Assembly (NCBI GenBank): GCA_028023455.1
Contig: JAQFVV010000008.1
Location: 124,001 to 188,000 of the forward strand
Origin: Epiperipatus broadwayi
Taxonomy: Eukaryota; Animalia; Onychophora
Direction: 5' to 3'
DNA: 64,000 nucleotides
Positions within the stretch are counted from its first letter, which is position 1, and every line of letters begins with the position of its first letter. The position numbers and the translations under genes are program-made. This document shows, one piece after another, positions 14,560 to 28,500 of the stretch. The notes under the pieces are model-generated. The model did no database searches. It was not told where the DNA came from and saw only the letters and a list, made by a program, of their open reading frames with translations.

Positions 14560-15610
14560 CGGTCCTTATTATATGCCAATGAATATTATGCAATATTTGA
14601 AAGTCTATGTCTATGCCCCCAACAAGAAAATAAAAGGCAGATAAAGGTATTCATTAATAAAGGAAATTATTACTCTAATTTTATACGAAAGAATGTGATA
14701 TTTATTTCACATTCGCAAATCCATTTGTGAAGAGCAAGATACGTATTTCAGGGCATAACTTTTAATCTTTATTAGATAACTTATTTTGAGATATAACGGA
14801 GAATTTGTTGGACTTTAATTTAAATCACTTCATCACGAATTATGAGCATCAGAGCGGGCTTTACTGGAACAGAGAGGTAATGGTGCTGACGAATTATGAG
14901 CTATAAAGTGAAATTGAAAGACGATAGCTAGTCGATAATCGAAGTCCTATGGCGACTTGCGTCTGACAAGTCTTATGCCCTTTGACTAATATGAAAAGGA
15001 GAGGAAGAGCTTTCTTCCTTGATAATTTAAATAACAGAAATATGATCACCGACCAGCCTAACGGAGCGGAAGATTGCCCTACATCAGCAACGTTCGAAGA
15101 TGATGACTTGATAGTCATCGTTTGAATACTAAAACCCATATAGAATGCTCTACGTGATGACTTGATCAATTAATTAAAGTCAAATGAGCTTTTAACAAAA
15201 ACCATTTTAAAGTATTTGCAAATCATATTAATTATGCCCCAATCATCGTGCCCTTCCTGAATCTAAATAGCAATTAACTGAAATTTGAATTAGAGTATAT
15301 TTAGTTGATTCCTTTATCGACTCTTTTGCAGAAAACATTTTAAGATTATATATAGGAATAAATACATATTGGTAAACATGAGAAAATAGCTGGGGCATAG
15401 ATTGGAAACGGAGCTAATAATTTATTATTAGCCAATTATAAAAATAGTAAACATGTAATAATTTCTTTCGACTCGATGATTGATAGAACTTATAAATTTA
15501 GTTCTAATGGGCGGAAACTACTATTAGAATTAATATTATATTATTTGTGTGAGGCAAATAGAACAAAGGAGCTCATTGAGTCGAAAGATTATTGGCATAT
15601 AATTAAAAAT
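14560..15610. other. CpG-richer block with seven TATGCC motifs in both orientations
   Basis: TATGCC at 14572, 14612, 14974, 15233; GGCATA at 14752, 15394, 15594. Short internal direct repeats cgaattatgagc x2 and gatgacttgat x2 are also present. Confidence 0.6.
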
Positions 15611-15699
15611 AAACGACATTAATAAAGCACACAAATATATATAAATATATATAATATAATAAATGAACCGCCAAGTAAGAAAAGAGAAAGTTTAAAGAC

Positions 15700-16265
15700 T
15701 AGAGGTTGAGAGAATTACGATATAAGTTTACAGTAGCATGAATAAAAGGTTTTATAAAGATTATTACATTAAAGAATAAAAGAGCTCTAAAAGGGAGTGT
15801 AAAGTTCAAAACTGGCCAGAGAGATTGGAAACATATTACCCAATTCTTCCGGGGCTGGTTCTTAGTTTACACGTCCAGGTTGGTAAAAATGTAGGCATGC
15901 ATTTAGTCGATTACTTGAACAACATTTTAGTGGCTTTTATAATTTTAGCAGCATGATTGGTCCGGAAAAGATTCAGCAGCTCCATTGAAGATTTTTAGGG
16001 GACTTCAGGAACCGATAGCCAGATTCCTGATGTTTTAGCCCTTCACCATGATTGAAACACTATTTAATTTTATAATTTAGAAAAGCACAGAGTTGACTGC
16101 ACTTCTCTACAACAAAGATGGCTTTTTTTCTCCAAACTTTTCAGAGCTATATATACTGCCCTCTCTGATGCCTTCAGGCTAGCGCTTCTTTCATTATCAA
16201 TGTTTTTAGATTTATTGGTTGTTTTTAGATACATTCCCTCGATAAGACTTTCAAACTCATTAACT
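15700..16265 (-). pseudogene. Degraded protein-coding remnant, possibly the N-terminus of a DNA-transposon protein
   Basis: The minus frame reads IQVNEFESLIEGMYLKTTNKSKNIDNERSASLKASERAVYIALKVWRKKPSLL*...KIFNGAAESFPDQSCC with protein-like composition but several stops. The family is not assignable by eye. Confidence 0.3.
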
Positions 16266-16266
16266 T

Positions 16267-16319
16267 GAATTCATTTTCTAATTAGAAAATGAATTCTTAA
16301 AATCAGAAAATGATTTTAA
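16267..16319. repeat. Perfect 30-bp palindrome followed directly by a 9-bp-arm hairpin
   Basis: gaattcattttctaattagaaaatgaattc (16267-16296) is self-complementary. ttaaaatca-gaaaa-tgattttaa (16297-16319) follows it. Confidence 0.9.
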
Positions 16320-17114
16320 TTAGGAAATCCTTATCTTTTTTCTAATTAATAAAACATTAACTGTTGTTTTTGGAAAGGGAAAAATCTGAAAGCTTATCGA
16401 AAGAATGTAGCTTTTAATCAATAAAACTATAACAAATTATTTAAAAATAAAATCAAACATTCCCGACGCAATGAAACTTTCAAACAATTATATATATTTA
16501 AATATTTACAAATATATACGCACAATCCACGCAGTTATAATACATATAAATTCATGAATAATTCTATCATGAATTTATTAATAAAATTAATCAATTTAAA
16601 TCTGAAACTAGTTATTTGAATACACATTTATGAAATAAGTTATTCTTTATGGAAATTAGCATGGATTGAACGTATAAAGCCCCATTGCATTGGAAATTTA
16701 AGGTTAGTACTAGGGTTTGAAGTGAGCTTATGGCTAGAGGTCATGAAGCTAGTATCGAACTCAGATCTGACTGCTTCAATATATAAATAAAATAAAAGAC
16801 AATGAAGAAATGCCACTATGGTTTAAATATTATTTATAACAGAGCAAACCCCAGTACCAATAAATAGTAACTGTTGTAACCTGTATCAAATTATGTAGCT
16901 CAGTTGCTAGTTACACTATGCAATAACAATGTTTTCAGTAGATAATTATTTAGATTGTCCATTATACTAAATTAAAATACTGATGACAATCTTTATTACA
17001 ACCTAATTTATTCAGATAGCATTTAAAACAAAAGAAAACAAACAAGATCATCATTTCAGACATTATCAAATCTATTCATTATCCTAAAATAAACTACAAT
17101 AAGCAGTGAAATCA

Positions 17115-17270
17115 TCCCCTCTTTTCTTCCATAGCGTAAGCTTGTGGTTAAAACACCTGTAGAGGTCCCTACTATCGCATTTTATACGCATATTGTCGAG
17201 GTTATAGCCTCAGTAAATATTACTTACGTAATCAATGTGCGTTTAATAAATTTATATTTACAACTTTATA
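17115..17270 (+). repeat. Partial copy of the ~350-nt family A unit (see 42494-43002)
   Basis: ctcttttcttcca..gtaagcttgtggttaa..acctgtagaggtc...gaggttatagcctcagtaaatattac...aatgtgcgttt..taaatttata.ttacaacttt aligns to 42885-42989 plus 42630-42690. Confidence 0.85.
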
Positions 17271-18447
17271 TATCATTGTCCTAAACAATGATATATTTCT
17301 AAGATATTCTTTTAATTTCTAATTGAATAAAACTAAAATCAAATCAATAAACAACTAAGTTCTGATATACTTTAATAATCAAATATTACATATAGTAATG
17401 TAAATTTATGATAAAATTTAATGATATTTCCTGATTAAATAAACTAGTTTATATATGGTTATGATAACATTGAGAAAATGTTTTATAAATCTACAATATC
17501 TATAATGTTCAAATAAAATAAATCATTAATCGGTTTATATCTAGTTTAATAAAATGTTAAAAATAATAACTTATCTATACCATACTTTACTTCAATGTAC
17601 TATTATCTCTTAAGTTATATATCAAAATGAAATACTCTACAACAATGAACCTATTAGATAATCTTGTATTTATAATATCCAATCATATCATTATATCAAA
17701 TATACAGTAGGTTGCTATTGGTTATCTACCGAATCATAATCAAATAATCATCTCCATCTATTTTAAATTTCCTGTAAATCAATTATTAAAATGGATTTTA
17801 TAATAACTAAACTATATAAAACAATTATTGGTATTTGTTTAAGTCAAAGATAGGTATTAAAAATTAATAGTTAATTAATTTTTACGATCCATCTCAAAGA
17901 AGTTTAAAGATAATTAAGGCAGATCATTCTGACTCATGACAGAATAAAATCTATCAAGATCTTTATAACTGGGCAAGATAAGCTCATAATAATTAACTGT
18001 GAACTAATTTCATTATATATATAATCAAGTAATCTAGATAAGGCAAACATATATTTCAATATAATGATCATGTATAGTTTATCTCTAAGGAAACTTAACA
18101 ATAATCATATGAATTAATAAATATATATATATGATCGTATTTCACTTAATGATATTGGTTTAATTTTAGATTATGGTTTAAATTATCACAAATTGCTTTG
18201 CACACTTATAAAATAATTAGACAGGTTTTTAGATTCCAATTAAATTTTAATTTATTAATTTATAAAAAGTAATTAATAATACAATATATAAAAAAAAAAA
18301 ATGTATACAATTGACTAAAATTGTAGCCAGTTAAGAAGTACAAATACTATTTTTTTTTTAATATATAATAAATTTGATTATCTATTACTCTATAAAATTA
18401 CTAATAAATAAATAAATATATATATATATATGAATCACAAAATATGT

Positions 18448-18930
18448 TGTATGACAATGAACTATATATTAAATGTATTAAGCACTAGCAGATGATCTAA
18501 TAATAACATGAAAGGATAAAACCTTTGACAGAAATGCCTTAAATGCTTATGTGACAGCCAATCAGATATAATAATGACTGCACATGGAACTCTCAATTCA
18601 AGAACACAAGCCAGAACACTAGAAAAAGATGAGATCCATCCTCTTCTCTACTTAAATTTATATATAAATAAGTCAGACTCAAGCATTCTGAACTAAGAGC
18701 GTGAAGCTTAAAACATCTTCACATTTAATTCACTAAATATTATATATAAATAAACAACGTGAAATCTTTCGATTTACAACAAAGCAATTTTCAAATCTAA
18801 TGAAATGATAGTAACAAATGTAAATATATTAAATTTATTAAGTGATAGCAAATGATCTAATAATAATGTGAAAGGCTAAAACCTTCGACAGAAGCACCTT
18901 AAAATGCTTATGTGACAGCCAATTAGATGC
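18448..18930 (-). mobile_element. Diverged family A relative: ~110-bp direct repeats 361 nt apart flanking an internal segment
   Basis: gcttatgtgacagccaat occurs at 18545 and 18906. The internal 18690-18790 (ctaagagcgtgaagct...gaaatctttcgatttacaac) is the reverse complement of 42730-42825. The repeat arms align weakly with the family A terminal repeat. Confidence 0.7.
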
Positions 18931-20880
18931 ACTCGGATATTTTTCTTTCAAGTATATAAATATATCCAACGTTTTAAAATAAGTTATTTAGTTGATGCAA
19001 AATCTGCATTCCTCGGGTATTATTCTGTGTTTGCAGTGATATATGAAGAGATGTTCTTTCATTGACAGAATTATGATCAAAACATATAATAAATGCTAAT
19101 GTTTTTTTCCATGTCAATAATGTGAAATTTCAATTATTAATATCTCATAGAAATTAGATGAATTGATCTAGTACAATTCCTTAATCTAAAATTTGACATC
19201 CATATAGGTTTGTATTCATCTTTAATATATAGATGAAATCCCAAATTTTATTACAATGAAATATTTTATAGTTTATAGCTTACTTGGAATAAAAACGAAT
19301 TTTTATTTCTTCTTTCTTTTATAATACATCCTGCTGTTTTTTCTTGGAATTTTATCAACAAATTGCCCTCAACTGAATGGGAATACTGTTTAAGTTGTAT
19401 TCTTCCACTATATTTTACTTATTACTCACTTTTAGACTAAAATAATTTCTAAAGATGAATTTAAAAGTGTCTGCTCTAGACAATAACAAAAGATAGAAGA
19501 GTTGAGTTAAAGTGGTTCAGTTCTATTTATAATCTATTTTTGCTGACATTAGTGTTACTAAGGTTACTCTCTTCAATTGAGCTCAATGATCACTTTGTGG
19601 TGTAAGACAATTGTTGTTTTTTTTTCAATTAAAAACAAACAATTCACATGATATTTTCTATACTTCCTAATAAAATGTCTATTAAGCTTAAATCTTTAAT
19701 ATATTCCACTACTAATAAATAAAAAAATATATATGAAATACTAAATATTTAATCTTGTAATAAGTAAATTGCTATGGTAAATGTAGTAATAAAAGTTGAA
19801 ACACGTAATATTAATAATTTTATTCATGTGATCTATTTTATGATTCACTTATTTTCATTTTAAAATTGACTATAACCAATTTATAATTTGATAATATTAA
19901 TAATAAATAAAAATGTTATTTTAATATTATGGTTGCCATATTTATATAGTTAATCTTTATAATTCAACATCTCCATTTTCCATACATCAAATCAAATAGA
20001 AAAAATAAGATCAGTATATTTCCCCATTTTATATATATTGTAATATACAACTCACAGTTGAGTAGATACAATATATATATATATATATATATATTAACTT
20101 TTTAAAATTATAATTTTTATATAAAATATATTGATGATGATCTAAAAGCATAAACATTTAATAATACATTAATAATTGATTTTGAAATATTTATTATTTA
20201 TATTCATCATTTTGCTTTCAGGTAGAAAACTTAATCTACATTTGTATATATTCATTAGTGATACTGGCAGATTATTTCCATTCTAATCTTTATTTACATA
20301 TTCAAATGCATAGTGTGGTTATTTTATTATCAAACTCAAAAACTACAATTCAAAAAATAAATAAATTAGAAACTAATAAATTTTGTGTTTACTTACTATT
20401 TTAGTATATTAGCAATCATTTTTTCTCTCATGCATTAATGATTTGATAATCACAGTGATAGTGTTTGCTCTCATGATGCTGTGTTGCTGCTGTGAATTTG
20501 AAAATTAAATTTCAATTAAAATAGTGAAAGAGGGGATAGGGATCATAATAGGATTATTTATGATTCTGAAACTGTTACATCTACACTATACATATTGAAT
20601 GTTAATACAATGAGTAATAATAATGTTATAAAAGATATAATGTTAGAGTTAAATATTTAAAAGATTAATAAGAGTAAAATAAAAAATAAATGAAATACAA
20701 TAATATATATATATGATTATAGGAAGTATTAATTGTATAGAATAAGAAAAAGAGTAAAATGTATAATATATAAAAAAAAATTAACAATTAAATAATGATT
20801 ATAAGATGTATATATATAAAATGTAAAATTATATGTTCATGTATATTTATATTCATGGATTTATATTATGTTTATTATAG

Positions 20881-20920
20881 TTCTGAAGAAGATTGCTGGA
20901 GCAATCAAAACTATCATTAG
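20881..20920 (+). CDS. Possible small exon (SEEDCWSNQNYH-stop or LKKIAGAIKTII depending on phase)
   Basis: A locally GC-richer 40 nt follows tttattatag and precedes gttgta. The donor is weak and the phase is unresolved. Confidence 0.25.
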
Positions 20921-23900
20921 GTTGTAAAAAAAAACATTGTAAAAATAATAAAGAAAATAGATGATATTAAATATTATATTTGATAAGTATTTAGTGAAGT
21001 TTAAAAAAACATTAAATTTGTAGGTAAAGAATATAAATAAAAAGAATGTTTTAGTAGATAATAACGTATTTTGTTAGAAAGTATTGAGTTAAATAAAGGA
21101 TTCAGAAATTGGTATGGCATTGTTAGAATTGCTAAAATATATTAACTTAGTGTTTAGAAATTTAAAATGAAATTTTAATTTTCTAATTCACTATGAAAAT
21201 GCTATCCCTGTGATCATAATGTATTATCATCATAAGAAAAAAAGTTGTTGTTTTGAGAGAGAGAGAATAAATAAATTCTCTTACCTATATACTTAGATTT
21301 GATTAAATACATTATCTTTTTAGAGTTAGACTAATTTTTTTACATACATATCTAAATTGGATTGCACTAAATATATCTGTAAATGTGCTTTATTTAATAT
21401 TACACTGACTTTTTTATAATTGCAATAATCTATTTTTAAAAAAACTTTTGTTTAACTTAGACATTCCATTTGTTTGTTCATTTGGGTCAAATTTTGTACA
21501 TGTGTTAGGTATCAATGACAACACAATATCTCACGACTTGTCCAGCCTAAAAGTGTTGGTGGGCCATACAGTGCAAAAAGTTTTCAATGATGTAAAAGAG
21601 TACATTTTTAAAACATATACTGTTTAATGACTAATTCATTGAAAAGTGTTTGCAGTTAATTAATACAGAATTAAAACGAAATGGATGAAATCTTAATTTC
21701 TTTTGATTGTTTTTGTTTTTTTTTTAATACTGCCTTTATGAATACAAAAATCTTAAACAATTTTCAACTTGTGCAAATTTCATTTCAATGATGACATTGT
21801 TTACATTCTCGGTTTTTAAATTTTAATATGAATATTTACAAAAAATTCTTTCCAAAATGTCTGAATATTAACAACAATATTTTATAAAAATTGCTTTTAT
21901 TTAATTTGGTGAATAATGCACTAAAAGTAAAAAAAAAAATTTTTCTTCAAGCACAAACTAATGATTGAATTAATTATTTTTTGTTTGCCCCATGCTTTTA
22001 TTTTTAAGTTAAATACAACAACCATAAAATGAAGAAAAATATTATTTTTATCAATCTTTTAATGTGCACAATTCTTAAATAAAAAATTATAAGATAGATA
22101 TGTATATGCACATTTAAAATATCTATGTTAAAAATATTTATTATATAGTGTTTACTTTTCTACTATTTTTGTTATCTATGTAGAGGCTTGGCAGCAAATG
22201 ACATGAAATATGGATCTGTTCTATATATCTGGGAATATTTATATGTCTAATAAATAGATCTTTTTTTAAAAAAAAAATAGAAAAAACACAATAAAAACAA
22301 CAATTTTTTTATTTTTTTGTTTTGCTTTGATATTCACTATAACTTCTTTTGTATATTTTCTTTAAATCTTTTCTTCTTAGCTTACTATAGTAATTAATTC
22401 TTGTAATATTGTTATTATTGTAGTTTTGTTTTTAAAATAAATTTTATTGTAAGTTATACATTTTGTTGATGATGTTGTTGTAATAACAATACAAATAGTC
22501 TTTTGTGTCTTTTCAGTTTCTTTGTAATTGATGTTCTAAGAAAGATATTAAACTAGATATAAATATTATTTTCTCATTAATTTCTGTCACCACTGCATTT
22601 ATAATAATGAATATTATTTTGCTTTGTTTTCACTGTTGTCATCTCATCCATATCTCTCTTATAATAATAATATTTAAATAAGTTTCGATTATTTTTTAAA
22701 GCTATCAGGTTCTTATTGACAGTTTTAATACATTTATATTGTTTCCTAATCACAAATACGTGTATGCGTGTGTGTGTAAGAGGATAACTAGGGAAAAAAT
22801 TAATAAAATAGTATGCATATATACTAAATTTTCTGCCCAAAATTAAGTTGGGACTAAGAAGTAGGTATCATGATCAAGTGATAAAGGATTTAATCATTGT
22901 TGATGGTTAATTTGTCACTTTCTTAATAAATTTCTTTTAACATTTTAAATTTAATTCTGCATCATAGAAATAATAAAAATCTTTATATCATTATATAGTT
23001 TTAAAATTATAATTTAATATTTTGCTTTTTATTGTTTTTTCCTAACATTTTTGTTGCTTAGCAGTTATTTTGAAGCCTTTTACACTCACACATAAATATA
23101 TAGCATGCTGTATTTATAATATATGAGTTGCGTTATCAGTAAACTTTTTTTTAAATATAGCCTTTAATCAGTTACATTCTATATTTTTGGATTTTAATTA
23201 AATAAATTTTTATATGTTTAAAGGATGGATTTGATATGCTTTTCTTCATGTAATATAAATGGTTGTTTTCTGTTTATATATAAGTAGAATGATGTGTTAA
23301 AAATATTTGTTTTTCTATTTTGAGTAAAACTAATTAACAGATTATAGTGCTTATCCTAAACAGAAATAAATTCATATAAAAACATAAAAGCATATGGCAG
23401 AATCTACAAAAGCTGTAACAAATAATTTTTAGTTAGTAAATTAGTTGTGTGTTATAAGTGTGGAGAGCTAGCTGAGACTAACTTAAACCAATTATCAGAG
23501 TTTCTCTACATAGAAGTGTTGTATAATAATAGAATATCATCAGAACTAAATGACTTAATGTTAATCTTATTTCAATTAATTACTGAAAGCCTTTCTCCAA
23601 ATACCTCATCCTATTCTGGACATCAGTATGTTCAGCTAATATGTACATATAACAAGCTATATCCACCAGCTGAAGCTAAATAAAATAATTTGTTAAAAAC
23701 CTATCTAGCTATAAGTGAATAATTGCATTTGAAGTCAATCACAGAAATCTTAATATTATATTTAAAGTTGTCTTATAAATTGTTAATATTTCTACTGGGA
23801 ATTTTATCTTTGAACCAAGGCAGAAAATACTATTCCAATCGTATAAACATAAAGTTTTATTAGTATAAAGAAGTCAGTTTTTATAATGTTTACAATTACT

Positions 23901-24125
23901 TTGTAAAGATACAGACATAGTTATTTTTTAAAAAAATTATAACATTAATTCAAATTCAGAAGGTATTATTATTTTTATTAGAAACTAGCTTTCTGAAATA
24001 TATAAGGCATTCATAAATAATACTTTTTCTATTTTAAATTATTTTCATATATTTCTACTAAACTGTTCTCTTATAGAATATTCATTTGTCACATAAATTT
24101 AGTTAAAGTATTGCTCCAAATATCA

Positions 24126-24232
24126 GTAGACTGCCTTCGCATTTTCACTCGCATACTCTTGAGGTTTATAGCCTTTGTAAATATTAGTTACGTAATCAAT
24201 GTGCGGTTAAATAAATTTATAATTACAACTTC
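24126..24232 (+). repeat. Short copy of the family A terminal repeat
   Basis: ccttcgcattttcactcgcatactcttgaggtttatagcctttgtaaatattagttacgtaatcaatgtgcggttaaataaatttataattacaact aligns to 42937-42989 plus 42630-42686. Confidence 0.8.
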
Positions 24233-24937
24233 AAATATTTTCGTTAATTACAAATTATAATATTTGAAAAATGGATATGCATTTATAGCAATAATCTTAA
24301 ATTAATAAGTTCCTTAATGTAATTTTCTATTTGTTATGTAAATAATAATAAATTCCCATATTTGCATTATTAATTCACTTATTAAGTTAATTTTTAAGTT
24401 TTTTCTCTTTTTTGTTTTATAGATTTAAATTATTTATTTTATTATTGTGATGTAAATTCATACATCGTCATTGAGCTTGATTGAAGAAGGTAAATAGAAA
24501 TGCTTTCATAAAAATCCTAAATTAGTGTCTTTTCCCCAATAATCTAGCTATTACTCTAGATATAAATTTTTTTACAAACTCACTCATATCTATGTATGAC
24601 ATGGGACATTTTTTTGCATATGACAACTTAATTTAAAGTATAAGTTAACCAATGTATTCAATTTAAATACTATCAGTTTTATATTTGATTTATGTTCCAT
24701 TATAGTATATATAATCAGGATTGCTAACTTAAGATTATGCATAAATAATGAAGAATTTCTTAAAGCAATTATTAAGTTAAATAAAATTTAGCCATTAAAA
24801 AAAGTTGGTGAGAAAAGTAAAAAACAAAAACATTGAAAATAAAAAGTCAAATTGTTATTTCAGAATAATATAAAGCCATCATATTTAATGTGATTAGAAA
24901 AGCAAGATAAAGGAAAATGAATTTTAATATATATATA

Positions 24938-25552
24938 CAGCATTTTCTGCTCATCAAAAGATCAGCAATATAATAACCAAGCCTAAGGATTCAATCCCTC
25001 ATGAATCTCATGGTGTCTATCAAATCTCATGTAAAAATTGTAAAGCTTCTTACATAGGTATGAGTAATTGTCGCATCAGTGTTAGGAGAGATGAGCATGC
25101 TAATGCAGTTAAACAATGCTCATCATCATCAGCACTCTCACTCCATACTATAGATTCAGGTCATAAAATTGATTTTTCTAGTACCAGGATCATATCCAGA
25201 TGTGATAATCTCTACCAGTGCAAAATTAGAGAAGCCATTGAGATACTTAAAAGGCCAGATTGTATCAATAAGTGAGATGATACATGCAAACTTCCTCCTA
25301 TTTGGAAAGATTTTTTTAAAAAACATTCCTAAATTTAACATTTTTGCTATTGGTGGAATTTTAATGTTTTATTCAAATCAGTGATTGTAGCGCCTCTACA
25401 ACCATCTTTCTACCTTTTATAACTCTGTGGATGACTTGTGTGACCAAGTCGAAACGTCACTATATTAATATTAAAAGTTGTTTTTTTTTAACACAGATGA
25501 ACCTGCAAAATATGTATTTTATATATTTAACCCGTGCAAATCTTCGTTTTAA
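24938..25552 (+). mobile_element. 5'-truncated Penelope-like element: GIY-YIG endonuclease C-terminus plus 3' region
   Basis: The frame is open from 24940: KPKDSIPHESHGVYQISCKNCKASYIGMSNCRISVRRDEH...SALSLHTIDSGHKIDF...KIREAIEILKRPDCINK*DDTCKLPPIW. The GVY/YIG, R, E and N catalytic pattern is present, and the stop probably arose by CGA>TGA. It is flanked on both sides by (TA)n. Confidence 0.9.
25421..25463 (+). ncRNA. PLE-type minimal hammerhead ribozyme motif, one core substitution
   Basis: CTGTGGA (25425-31; A6>U versus CUGANGA), T, stem II GACTTG/CAAGTC, GAAAC (25451-55), GTC (25456-58) with the ACGT palindrome. Stem I is degenerate. Confidence 0.7.
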
Positions 25553-28500
25553 CATATATATATATATAGAGAGAGAGAGAGAAAATAATGAAATATTTAA
25601 AAATTGATTTAAGTCTTGTTATAAGAAATTACTCTCTGGAGATTATACATAAAAATATTGGCTGATAAGTTGAAGGAATTATAAATGAAAATGAGAATAA
25701 ATACAAAGAGAATTAAGGGATTGTCTTGCAAGTCATTATGAATATATGAAGAATATAATATTGCAGGTATTTTTTTAAAAAAGATAAATATTTTCACTTG
25801 ATAACCATTGATATTATTTATACATACTTTATTTATAACAAGAAATTGGTATATTATATAATATTTAAATGAAATCTCAAGTCAGTTATATTACTATACA
25901 TGCATTGCTTATAAACTCAAAATTAGTAGCAAATTTAGTATGACAATAATTATCTTTGATGATATCCCAGTAACCATAATATTATATAAAATATCTAAGT
26001 GCAATATAATATATTTCCAAAATGCAAATATTGTCAACACAAATTCATAAATCACATTATATTCAACAATAGTCTATGGTCATTTTTTATGATATTATAA
26101 CTGATCTATGACTTATATAATAATATGGTATAATGTATCTTATAATTATTTTCAGCTGTGTTTTAATAAATGTGTGGAGTTATCCATTTATAATTACTTA
26201 ATTAGAAAGCACTTTCCCTAGAACAGTAACTAATGCAAGCCAGTTGTATCCCAGACCAAGAGTGAAAATAAAACTCAGAATGATTGCATTCATCCATTAG
26301 CTAAAGTACTATCTAATTAAATAATTATAAATGGACAATTCCACACATTAAATATTTTCACCTAAAACATCCATTAAAAATATTATTTTTACAATATATA
26401 TATAGTAGGGATATAACATTTAATTATTCATAACTCAGACAAACCTAGTAAAAGCATATCATTTTTTGTATTTATATGCACGTTGAATTCTTTTCTTGAA
26501 GACACATTCAGGAATCATTGCTAATAGAGAGTTGTGACCATGTCAATAGAATTGATCATCAACAATAATAATTTTTCCTTTCTTTCCACCTATGAGAGTT
26601 TAATAAATGATAGTAGGCAATATCAATTTATCATTTATATTTTAATAAATATCTTTTAGATCATCATTACTTTTTGCAGTATATGAATGGTATATTTATT
26701 CATAAAATTTTCAATGTAGTATATTGTGATTACTTTCATCAGCTCTATATGAAATGATTTTTTGCTATTGATACTATTGTGATCAGTTGTCAGTAGCATA
26801 AAACTTTATTCATGTTATGCTATTAACTTATTAATAATAAAATATTACAACTAAAATAAGCAAAAAAAAAAATAAAAGAACAGCAAAATAAAAGACAGAG
26901 AATAAATATTTAAAAAACAGATACAAATTATTCTTATGAATTATTAACCTCTCAATTATTATGCTTAGGAACCATCCTTGCACTGTCTTTCAGTCAGTTT
27001 TGGCTGCAAAATCATCATTTTATGCTTATTTTGTAGAAAATAGCATATTTAAAATTTTAATTCCAAAAAAATCTGTATTTGGCAATAATTTTTGAACAAA
27101 AATTGTTTTTTGACTGCTGTCTATTGTTACATAGTACAGTCTCTTGAGCTTCGGCTTTTGTCCACTAGGCATGTCTAAGTATCAAAATCAGAAATCAAAC
27201 CAAAATGTTTTGTGAATGTTTTATGCTTTTGCAATACATTTTAAACAATAATAAAATATATTTCTTGTAACTTTTTACATTGATAATTCAGTTTTTACAT
27301 TCATTTACTTAAATATAAACTTTGATTTGAAAATTTTTAAATTTTAAAAGAAAAATAATTAAGGGAAAGAGAATAGCTCTTGACCGCTATTCAAGACAAT
27401 TGTATAACATTGACTACTATTTGCATATCAATGGTGTATGCTGTTTTAAAAAAAATACAACTATTTTTCATAAATATTTAATTATTTTATGATTACTTTT
27501 TACACCATATTGAAGAATAAAGTGTCTATATTGACTAATAATGTGTGTAGATTTAGATTTTTATTTAAAATATTGAATTTTAGACAAAAAAAAAGCAACA
27601 AAAATGAATAATCAGAGATCATAATTTCTAAGACAAAAAAAAATCACATAATGATTGTTTGAAATTTGTTTTACAGCTGGCTATTTTTCAAATGTTTTTG
27701 TTATATTTTTCTTCAGTTATTAACATTTTTAATTTTTCATTACATTTCACCAATTTGAATGTGAAATAAACTGATTTTTAGAAGCTAAATTAAAACAGTT
27801 CTGTTTATTGAGGGTTATAATTTTTTGAATAGAATCACATTTCAAATGTAATTGATAAATAACATTACTTCAGACTTTTATGTACTTGACCCATAAAATT
27901 AATTCCCTGGTTTTCCAAAAAAAATTCATCACTTGGAAGATGGACAAACTTGGAGACCTGGCATAATAAATTGACCAAATAAGTGAGATGAACAGAAGAT
28001 TTAAGTGACTATATAAAATATTAATTTAATTATTTTATTAAATACTTTACATTATCTGTCTATTATACCGTTTTTTTTTTTTGTTTTTGCTTTGTGATTT
28101 ATTGCCATTCAAACTCTTATTTATGCTGATGAACAGCACATGCTTTTATATATATATATTTAAAAAGAAAATCAATCACTTTTTGATTTAAGAATTCAAA
28201 TTTGCAAAAACAATTGAAAGATGACACATTAAAAAGCAATTATCAGAAGATAGTACTTTTGAATTTTTTCAGCATAGCAAAATGAACACTTTGTGTCAAC
28301 CACACTATTTATTTAGACCATGACACTTGTCTCTAGTTGTTTTATTTTGAAGATATATTTCATTGTCATATCTGAATATACGGAAAAGACTTATTCTACC
28401 AGACCTGGTTTTATTTTTATGATGATAGATATTACTTTTATATTATAATTATAACTGACATTTCATTCTAAATTATGTAGAACATCATGCTGCCTTTAAC

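Noticed and set aside
23400-23900. ORF 23447-23683 and a possible Jockey-like C-terminal remnant
   Set aside because: The listed ORF has no recognisable motif. The LINE-like reading is in another frame with many stops and is not convincing.
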